Origin: a virus
Lineage: Duplodnaviria > Caudoviricetes
DNA: 64,000 bases
Strand: one strand, 5' to 3'
IMG/VR virus record: IMGVR_UViG_3300050034_000334
Shown: piece after piece, positions 57,466 through 64,000 of the stretch
Layout of the letters: each line of letters opens with the position of its first letter
Numbering within the stretch: the stretch's first letter is position 1
The notes under the pieces: generated by a model
What the model was told of the DNA's origin: nothing
Databases searched by the model: none
What the model saw: the letters and a program-made list of their open reading frames with translations, nothing else
Position numbers and translations under genes: made by a program

Positions 57466-57562
57466 ACAAACTGTGCCGCGTCCGATGTTGTCTCTTGTCA
57501 ACTTGAGGCTGGTTGGCTCTTCAAGTCACATCCTAGTGCGGCTTACTACGCTCTTCAAACTT

Positions 57563-57637
57563 TGGTGGACTCGAACGGGATTGAACCGCCGACGCCAACC
57601 TCTTCAGGGTTGCGCTCTACCACTGAGCTACGAGTCC
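57563..57637 (-). tRNA. tRNA-Phe(GAA)
   Basis: Cloverleaf, loop CTGAAGA, CCA. Confidence 0.93.
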
Positions 57638-57652
57638 ACATACAGCAAAAAT

Positions 57653-57729
57653 TGGTCGGCGTGGTCAGATTTGAACTGACGGCCCCTTGTTCCCGAAACA
57701 AGTGCGCTACCAGGCTGCGCTACACACCG
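57653..57729 (-). tRNA. tRNA-Pro(CGG)
   Basis: Cloverleaf, loop TTCGGGA, CCA. Confidence 0.93.
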
Positions 57730-57840
57730 ATGTTACATAGCACAGTTGTCTAGGATTGGAGAACGGAATTGTGTGAGGAATTTCTTCTCACCCTCCTGCT
57801 AGAGCAACTGGCGTCGCCCGAGGAGAGGAGTCTTTAGGAC

Positions 57841-57900
57841 TTAACCCTCCGCGAGCCTTGCAGGTTGCGGTCGAAATCGAAATGTTGGTCGCATTCTCAT
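57841..57900 (-). CDS. Pro/Phe/Arg-rich putative leader peptide MRMRPTFRFRPQPARLAEG
   Basis: Hand translation; ATG 7 nt after the promoter -10-like box; precedes the Pro/Phe tRNA array. Confidence 0.6.
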   Translation of the reverse strand: MRMRPTFRFRPQPARLAEG

Positions 57901-57907
57901 GATCTCA

Positions 57908-57973
57908 CTCTACTGACCTGGTTCGAAAACCGGGTACAAATCGATGATACCTCAGTTTTTGGAAATACGGGAA
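57908..57973 (-). promoter_or_regulatory. Tandem promoters: TACCCGG-N16-GTAGAG (57908-57936) and TTCCCGT-N16-GTATCA (57945-57973)
   Basis: Both motif classes, each with an exact 16-nt spacer. Confidence 0.7.
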
Positions 57974-57984
57974 GAAAAATTTGC

Positions 57985-58146
57985 CTAGGACATCCAACCA
58001 CGAAAACGGAGCTTGGTGGGAGCATCCTCTAGAAGCTGTTTGCCCATACGACGCATGGCCTTGGCCGCGAACTTCTTGCGGAATTGACGAGCCTTGCTGG
58101 GACGCTTGCAGCTGACGTCGATCTGCTCAATGGAGACGAATTTCAT
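57985..58146 (-). CDS. Small basic protein (MKFVSIEQIDVSCKRPSKARQFRKK...), 53 aa
   Basis: Hand translation; AAGGTGA RBS. Confidence 0.7.
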   Translation of the reverse strand: MKFVSIEQIDVSCKRPSKARQFRKKFAAKAMRRMGKQLLEDAPTKLRFRGWMS

Positions 58147-58218
58147 GTCTTCACCTTTTCTGAGCTATACTGAACTCAAGTTCACTGAATAAGTGAAACA
58201 GTCGTTGAAAAGTGTATC

Positions 58219-58512
58219 TTAATCGTTGAAAAGTGTAACCTTGATGCCGCGAGCCTCAGGAACGGTGCGAAGACTTTCGCGAGTGGGAATCAGTTCGTAT
58301 GCCAGCAGGTCGCCTTCTTCATCGCGAACCACGTTGTCGACTACGAAAGTCACTTCTTTGCGTCCAACAATCACCAGGCCCTCATCGCAGGCATCAGGAT
58401 AAACCCGCTGGAAAATGCTGCCGCCACCTTGAAGATCGCTCAGTTCGGCGCAAAGGACCGTTTGTCCGTCTTCCGTGGTCTTGGTGAATTTCTGGATGCT
58501 AAAAGTTGCCAT
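58219..58512 (-). CDS. Hypothetical protein
   Basis: Promoter motif and GGAGG upstream. Confidence 0.75.
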   Translation of the reverse strand: MATFSIQKFTKTTEDGQTVLCAELSDLQGGGSIFQRVYPDACDEGLVIVGRKEVTFVVDNVVRDEEGDLLAYELIPTRESLRTVPEARGIKVTLFND

Positions 58513-58532
58513 TTGTCATTCCCTCCCTCATT

Positions 58533-58561
58533 CTCTACTGACAGAGAACTCGGATCGGGTA
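58533..58561 (-). promoter_or_regulatory. Promoter motif TACCCGA-N16-GTAGAG
   Basis: Exact motif. Confidence 0.7.
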
Positions 58562-58569
58562 ACAGACCG

Positions 58570-59112
58570 CTAGTCCTTCCACTTTCTGTTCTTGCGACCG
58601 ATCTGCTTCATCCTCTTCATCCACTTGTCCATCAGCATCGAACGATCCAGCTTCTTCAGGTAGTCCACGATCAGGACTCCGTTCAGATGATCGATCTCAT
58701 GCTGAATGCGGCGAGCCTCTTCACCAGTGAAGGTGCGGCTGAATGGAATGAGCTTCACTTCCGGATCGTCATCCTCACCAATTGCGGTGATCGTGATTTC
58801 CCGATAGCGAGGGACTGAAACCCTGATCTGCGGAAGGCTGAGACATCCTTCCAGCTTGGCATCCTTCTCTTCAGAGTGAGCAGTGATGACTGGATTGACC
58901 AGTCCTAGTAGCATTCCACTGTTGGACTGATAGACAATGATGCGCCGGGTATCTCCTGCCTGATTGGCAGCTAAACCAGCCGCCTTATGACTATCCACCA
59001 CGATCTTCATGTAGTGCAGGATGTCGAGCGTGCCTTCGATATCAGCCGGGAAGTCCACCGGAATACACGGATGCAACAGGATTGAATCTGGGTACTGCTT
59101 TACTGGCATCAT
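58570..59112 (-). CDS. def: Peptide deformylase
   Basis: Motifs AAGLAANQAG, EGCLS, QHEIDHLNG. Confidence 0.95.
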   Translation of the reverse strand: MMPVKQYPDSILLHPCIPVDFPADIEGTLDILHYMKIVVDSHKAAGLAANQAGDTRRIIVYQSNSGMLLGLVNPVITAHSEEKDAKLEGCLSLPQIRVSVPRYREITITAIGEDDDPEVKLIPFSRTFTGEEARRIQHEIDHLNGVLIVDYLKKLDRSMLMDKWMKRMKQIGRKNRKWKD

Positions 59113-59236
59113 CTCTTTCCTTCTCTTCCTCGACATCCGGAGGGTTGCAATCCGGGCAGGGAATGGTCCCCTTGCTGTTGCTGATAAACCCAACATCCTT
59201 ACAATGCTTGCATTCGATACTCGGCTGCGGCTTCAA
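59042..59236 (-). CDS. Small zinc-finger protein
   Basis: CKHC...CPDC; GGGAGG RBS before a TTG start. Confidence 0.6.
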   Translation of the reverse strand: MKPQPSIECKHCKDVGFISNSKGTIPCPDCNPPDVEEEKERDDASKAVPRFNPVASVYSGGLPG

Positions 59237-59334
59237 ACCCGATCCTCCCCATCATATTACTCTACTGACGACTAGGAAGACCAAACTTTCCTAGAGTACT
59301 CTTCTACGGAATGTCCAACAAAAGTAGCTACTGT

Positions 59335-59727
59335 CTAGAACTCCAGGCTCAGGATATGGTTTCGAATACTGGCCAAATTGGCTTTTGAGAGGATCTTCAC
59401 TCTTGTTGGAAGGCTGCCACGCAGTTCACTCTCAGAAATTCCAGAGATCATCATCACGTGTTTTGGTTTTGTGGATTCATCCCAGGTCAGGATCTCGTTC
59501 AGAAACTCCACTCCTGATACATAGGGCATCTGATAATCGCTCATCACGAGATCAAACGGAACTCCATCTATTGATGCGCGGCGGCAAGCTGATATTGCAG
59601 CACCGCCATTCCAGGTTGTCTTGATGTTTTCAGCAGAGTAACCCAGGTCTATGATCATAGTACATAGAGCATCCTGGATTTCCTTGTCATCGTCTACAAC
59701 AAGGACTTTCACGTCTTTCACTTCCAT
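59335..59727 (-). CDS. Stand-alone CheY-like response regulator receiver
   Basis: VLVVDDD, FDLVMSDYQMPYVSGVEFL, MMISG, LSK. Confidence 0.9.
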   Translation of the reverse strand: MEVKDVKVLVVDDDKEIQDALCTMIIDLGYSAENIKTTWNGGAAISACRRASIDGVPFDLVMSDYQMPYVSGVEFLNEILTWDESTKPKHVMMISGISESELRGSLPTRVKILSKANLASIRNHILSLEF

Positions 59728-60206
59728 TGGAGTTTCACCCGTTCTATCAAGAATTTCTGAGCAGCTTCATGATCGTCAAGATTCACACCCTTGATAATTC
59801 CAGATTCTACAATTCCGCTCAGGCAGGAAGGCCGTCCGGTCAGGAAATCGAATGAACCGACCGGAGACTTCTGCACAGTGTTGCTTATCCAATCAGCCTC
59901 GCCGCCTTGGTACTCGTTGGCGTCATCAATGGCTTGTTGAGCAGAAACAGCGTTCTCAACTTTCTCGGCATCGTAGCAAGTTTGGTAGATGGACACACCC
60001 TCTAATCGAACGATTTCGTAGTTGTACACTGCTCCATTCCAACCGTAGACCATCCAAATGGGATTGGAAATTCCCACTTGCTCCGGAGTCTCCAAGTCTA
60101 CTTCTGCACATACAGCCATGCCGCCCAAGTAACCACAGTCAGGTTCCTGTTCGGTAGAAGTAAACGTGGACCAGTTTTTAGAACTGGGGATCAGGATTGA
60201 TGACAC
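59718..60206 (-). CDS. Hypothetical protein
   Basis: 162-aa ORF in the operon. Confidence 0.7.
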   Translation of the reverse strand: MSSILIPSSKNWSTFTSTEQEPDCGYLGGMAVCAEVDLETPEQVGISNPIWMVYGWNGAVYNYEIVRLEGVSIYQTCYDAEKVENAVSAQQAIDDANEYQGGEADWISNTVQKSPVGSFDFLTGRPSCLSGIVESGIIKGVNLDDHEAAQKFLIERVKLQWK

Positions 60207-60253
60207 TTTGAGGCTCTCCTATGAATCGTCTACGCGATCGCTATGAAGAAGAG

Positions 60254-61186
60254 CTAATTCTGTGGTCGTTCATCACAGGAGAACACAAGGAAAGGGCAGT
60301 TGGTGAATCTCGAGGTCAGATTGTGGAACTCGTCATTCGTGTTGAAGAAGTCGGTGACGATCTGAACAGATTTCATTCTGGGAATCAGAACCTTGACATT
60401 TGCAGTCCGGACCGCCCCATAGACATGACTGGTGACCCAGCGCGAGAACAAGACTTCGTTCAGAATTTCGCCACCACTCTTGCTGATGAACGAGTAGTCG
60501 ATCCCAGGAGTCTTGAAGCTGCCATCCTCCTGAGGAATGATGATGCCTGGCGTTGCCGGCCACGAGATGAAGTAGACGCGGGTGCCAGGGATGGTCACGA
60601 GATACTTGTCGCCACCGGCTCCGATCATGCTCACATTGAGAGAGTCCGCAAAGGCCGGTGTGCTTCCAGTAGGAGACACTCTCCAACTGTTCGCCATGCC
60701 GAACTTCTCAATCATCCGGAGAGCCTTGAGTGCAGACAAATCGTTGTTGTAACGCAGATCATCGAACCGGGTGGCATTCTTGACCATGGTGGCTTTGGAC
60801 ACGAAAGGCGACTTTTCCTTGTCCTTGTAGAAGGCCTCGAGACTATCAAGTTGCTTCTTCGCTTCGGCTGTGTTGTAAGCAAATCCCAAGTATTTCTGCA
60901 GGTTCATCAAGACTTGAGTGAACAGACTGTAGTCCAGCAGACCATAGAGATGGTCAAGGATCTGCTCCTGATCGTAGGGAGTCTGCACAGAACGAACCTC
61001 TGGTCCCTTCTCAAACCAGACGTCAGTCAATTTTCTTCCTAGAATACCACTCCAATGATCCGTACGACTGAATGGGAGCATGGTGAAAACTCGATGAAAT
61101 TCCCTTTCTAGGGATTCTTCAGAGGAGAACATACTGATAATTTCCTCTGCGAATTTCTTTGCCACACGTTGATATACTTCCTGCAT
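60254..61186 (-). CDS. Hypothetical protein
   Basis: 310-aa ORF, GGAG RBS. Confidence 0.75.
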   Translation of the reverse strand: MQEVYQRVAKKFAEEIISMFSSEESLEREFHRVFTMLPFSRTDHWSGILGRKLTDVWFEKGPEVRSVQTPYDQEQILDHLYGLLDYSLFTQVLMNLQKYLGFAYNTAEAKKQLDSLEAFYKDKEKSPFVSKATMVKNATRFDDLRYNNDLSALKALRMIEKFGMANSWRVSPTGSTPAFADSLNVSMIGAGGDKYLVTIPGTRVYFISWPATPGIIIPQEDGSFKTPGIDYSFISKSGGEILNEVLFSRWVTSHVYGAVRTANVKVLIPRMKSVQIVTDFFNTNDEFHNLTSRFTNCPFLVFSCDERPQN

Positions 61187-61944
61187 AGGTTTCTCCCATC
61201 ACTTGGTAATACTGTGTTGTTAGCTATCATGTGACACATACTAATAAAGACGTCTGTGGGAATTGCGTTTTTCATCAAGTTCACTGTTTTGTGTACCCAT
61301 TGAACATTTCCCAGTTTGTATCCTAAACTTGTATCTATCCTATCCAACGAAGCTGTAAACTCGTTGAAGTCTGAAGGAGCACTAGGAAGAGTAATCTCTA
61401 CCCCGGACAGCGCACAACACCTATCCTGGTCAAGTAGTAGAGCATAGGCTTCTTCCTTGCTGATTTCAAATTCGATATTCCTGTACTGAGCACAGTCTTT
61501 AATCTTTTTCCAGACTGGCCCAGGAATTGCCCATTTTGGATATATTTCTTTGGGTCTAATCCAACGAGTTTCCTTAATCTGACAGCCACAACTAACCGTT
61601 AGTTTATGTCTCAAGTTGTGGATTGAAACCTCCTTAGTAACTCCACAATCACAAGAAACTCTAACTCTTCCTCCAGGACCGGGAACAATGTCGGAAACGA
61701 CTAGCCTTCCAAATCTCCGACCTATTTCCTTCTTTGTCCTTTCATTAGCGGCTTTCCAGCTATTTTCTTTGAGACTTGCAAATCGGCATTCAGGACTGCA
61801 GAACATAGTGTTCACAAAGGAAGGAGATACTTGAAATTCTTTTGAACAAAATTGACAGTTTAGAGTGAATCGATGAAAGAATTTCTTGCTGCACTTTTCT
61901 CGAATTGCAGGATCAACATCCAATCCACATTTGGTACAAATCAT
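61108..61944 (-). CDS. HNH-related homing endonuclease
   Basis: FGRLVV...CDCG...SCGC; CALSG...ASLDRID...GYKLGNVQWVHKTVNLMK. Confidence 0.85.
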   Translation of the reverse strand: MICTKCGLDVDPAIREKCSKKFFHRFTLNCQFCSKEFQVSPSFVNTMFCSPECRFASLKENSWKAANERTKKEIGRRFGRLVVSDIVPGPGGRVRVSCDCGVTKEVSIHNLRHKLTVSCGCQIKETRWIRPKEIYPKWAIPGPVWKKIKDCAQYRNIEFEISKEEAYALLLDQDRCCALSGVEITLPSAPSDFNEFTASLDRIDTSLGYKLGNVQWVHKTVNLMKNAIPTDVFISMCHMIANNTVLPSDGRNLCRKYINVWQRNSQRKLSVCSPLKNP

Positions 61945-62007
61945 CAGTAACTCCTTTGTAAGAGGAGCATGAAGTCAATATACGAATAGAAAGTCAGTTC
62001 TCACTTT

Positions 62008-62487
62008 CTAGTCATATGTGTCCTCAACTTTGGCAAAGAATTGTTTGAGAGATTCTACTTCTGGACGTTCGTAGAGCCGATTCTTGTGACCACAAGCCGG
62101 GCAGGTGAACTGACCTTCCCCAGAGTTCCAATAGTCCCCTTCAGTGCATCCGGAAGGCGGAGTGTACCAATGTGTCTGAATGTATGTCAGTTGGTTGACA
62201 GGAAACTGGGCTCCACATCCGCTCCACTCTCCGCTGCCTCCAGTGATCGACCACCCCAAACAAGTGATCAGTGTGGTCTTGGTGGCTTCACGCTCTCCAG
62301 CCCGGAGGATGCGGAGCTTCTCGTTCAGCTTTGCAATCTTGGCCCTGATAGACAGCATCTCTTCAGAAGGAACGATCCCCTGGCGAGAGATTTCTGCATA
62401 GGGACTGTGTTCGCCCTTGTGGCCCTTGAGCAGATTACAGGTGAATCCCCACCGGAACTTCGCAATGTGTTTGTAGGGTTCGTCTGG
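62008..62487 (-). CDS. Hypothetical protein with zinc-ribbon motifs; start uncertain
   Basis: GCGAQF...FTCPACG; 3' portion of track ORF 62008..62643. Confidence 0.6.
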   Translation of the reverse strand, partial: PDEPYKHIAKFRWGFTCNLLKGHKGEHSPYAEISRQGIVPSEEMLSIRAKIAKLNEKLRILRAGEREATKTTLITCLGWSITGGSGEWSGCGAQFPVNQLTYIQTHWYTPPSGCTEGDYWNSGEGQFTCPACGHKNRLYERPEVESLKQFFAKVEDTYD

Positions 62488-62488
62488 T

Positions 62489-62731
62489 TCACGAACACTC
62501 TCCCGGCAAATTGTTGACCAGTCCATCAGTCGCACCTTCTTGCACAAAATAGACATCGAAGTCCATGTTCTTGGCCTGCGTGACGTTAGAGGCATCCACG
62601 TCCAACTCGCATTCTTTGGCAATAGCGAGAGCCTGAGTGACATTGTCGGCCACGACTGTTGCGATCTTCTCGTGCAGGCCAGAGTAGTATCTCAATTGCC
62701 ACAACTTGCTTTTTCCAATTTTCATCAGCAC
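62489..62731 (-). CDS. Hypothetical protein
   Basis: GAGGTG RBS. Confidence 0.6.
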   Translation of the reverse strand: MLMKIGKSKLWQLRYYSGLHEKIATVVADNVTQALAIAKECELDVDASNVTQAKNMDFDVYFVQEGATDGLVNNLPGECS

Positions 62732-62735
62732 CTCG

Positions 62736-63389
62736 TTACTTTTGACATTTCTTACAGTAGTTGCGAAATCCGGATGGTCGGCAGTTACAGCGGTAGAATT
62801 CGTCTGTGGGCAAGTATTCTTGATGCCCGCTGCACCAAGCAGTTCCTTGTGGAGCTAAATGATGTCTACCTAGTCTAAGTTTGAGAAGACCTTGGCTTAT
62901 TTTGGATCTAGTATCGCCAGATCGTTCCTTACCCAACATAGGGTGACTTTTTGCATCCAGTTCTCTAACAGCTTTAGATACCGCACTACGTTGCAGTTGA
63001 CCATTTGTTTTGCCATAACGATGATTCTTTGCTCCCATCTGAGCTTCACTTACTTTCTTGCGAGCACTTTCAGTTAGACCACAACCACCATCTCCTCCCG
63101 GAGTCATGTTGTAGCCATACCCAGCTATGTTGGCTCTATACTGAGCGATATACATCTTTTCTTGATCGGCAAGATCTTGCTTTGAACCTATTCCTGAGGA
63201 CAAAACGCTAATTTCAAACGTCTGCGCTCCGTATTTCCTCATAGCTCGGTAAAGGTAGCAATCTCCTCTTACAGCATCTCTCAGATGTCTTTGCCAACGA
63301 TCTTTGACATGTTCTCCCACGAATTTTCCCACGTACACTTTGTTGTTAACTGTATTCGTCACGAGGTAGACCAGCATGTCACAACTCAC
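62736..63389 (-). CDS. GIY-YIG homing endonuclease
   Basis: LVYLVTNTVNNKVYVGK...GYNMTPGGDG. Confidence 0.9.
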   Translation of the reverse strand: MSCDMLVYLVTNTVNNKVYVGKFVGEHVKDRWQRHLRDAVRGDCYLYRAMRKYGAQTFEISVLSSGIGSKQDLADQEKMYIAQYRANIAGYGYNMTPGGDGGCGLTESARKKVSEAQMGAKNHRYGKTNGQLQRSAVSKAVRELDAKSHPMLGKERSGDTRSKISQGLLKLRLGRHHLAPQGTAWCSGHQEYLPTDEFYRCNCRPSGFRNYCKKCQK

Positions 63390-64000
63390 AAATCTCTACA
63401 GCTTTGTCAAAGATTGAGTCATCGTCAGTAAGTGCTCTGAGCACTTCTAAGGCATCCGACGATTCAATACCTTCAACAGCCTCATCCATAACTGAAAAGA
63501 AGGCAGACATTTCGCCTGTTTTATTGCCTACCTTTTCCATTCCCTTGTCGGCCATCGTGAAGATAACTTCAAGTGGTTTCACAGGGATAGGAAGTTCCTT
63601 GTAAGCCATGCCCTTTTCAGAGAAGGAGAGTAGAGCCAAAGATACCGGGCGATCCACCTCATCCATATTTAGAGCCGCCCTTGCTACTGAGCCAAGATGA
63701 ATATGTGTTACATTTCCCACTGTAACAGTTTCTTTTCTACTATGGTCATGTCCCCAACATACAAAATCGTAGTCAGTTTCAGCCAAAGCAGGATAACCAA
63801 TCGGGTTGTAAGGAATGCCTGTGTTACCGAAGGTCGCGTTCTCGGCATCCGGGTGACCATAGGCATGGAGTAATGCTATCCGATAGGTGACGCCCTGAGG
63901 ACGAGGAGGAGCATCTAGGATAAGTGGAAGGAGCGCGGTCTCGTCACAGTAGGGATAGCCTTCCACCAGTACGGAGATGGTCTCATCACGATTGGTGAAA
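63379..64000 (-). CDS. SbcD/Mre11-like metallophosphoesterase (gp47-like recombination nuclease), N-terminus outside the window
   Basis: LLHAY...DFVCWGHDH...HLGSVARA; frame open to the window edge. Confidence 0.8.
   Translation of the reverse strand, partial: FTNRDETISVLVEGYPYCDETALLPLILDAPPRPQGVTYRIALLHAYGHPDAENATFGNTGIPYNPIGYPALAETDYDFVCWGHDHSRKETVTVGNVTHIHLGSVARAALNMDEVDRPVSLALLSFSEKGMAYKELPIPVKPLEVIFTMADKGMEKVGNKTGEMSAFFSVMDEAVEGIESSDALEVLRALTDDDSIFDKAVEICEL

Overview
A 64 kb segment of a large dsDNA phage genome, probably a jumbo-type myovirus. A soil or Acidobacteriota-like host is a weak inference. Coding is dense, mostly on the minus strand, and uses the standard genetic code. The window holds a baseplate/tail module (about 28.9-47.3 kb), a capsid decoration-like gene, a UvrD/PcrA helicase, an SbcD/Mre11-like nuclease (cut by the window end), two GH108 lysozymes, a peptide deformylase, a stand-alone CheY-like receiver, a WGR-PARP, ten tRNA genes in two arrays and about 16 free-standing endonuclease genes. 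Main results: (1) Each tRNA array is preceded by a short, apparently leaderless ORF whose codons match the tRNAs downstream. MKQTLQTSITITCTQTGGGGSLRE precedes Ile/Thr/Thr/Thr/Gln/Cys and has a full terminator/antiterminator set; MRMRPTFRFRPQPARLAEG precedes Pro/Phe/Pro/Pro. This suggests ribosome-mediated attenuation of phage tRNA operons. (2) A circularly permuted, two-piece tmRNA gene with its own promoter, terminator and 28-aa tag. (3) A class II glutamine amidotransferase fused to an amino acid:DNA transferase-like domain, coupled to a GNAT, with a 5-hmdU-kinase-like gene nearby. This is a candidate new route to aminomethyl/acetamidomethyl-uracil DNA. (4) A highly structured ~400-nt candidate ncRNA. 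(5) A recurring T(A/T)CCCGN-N16-GTA(G/T)(A/C)N promoter. All calls come from reading motifs by eye; no database search or folding program was run.
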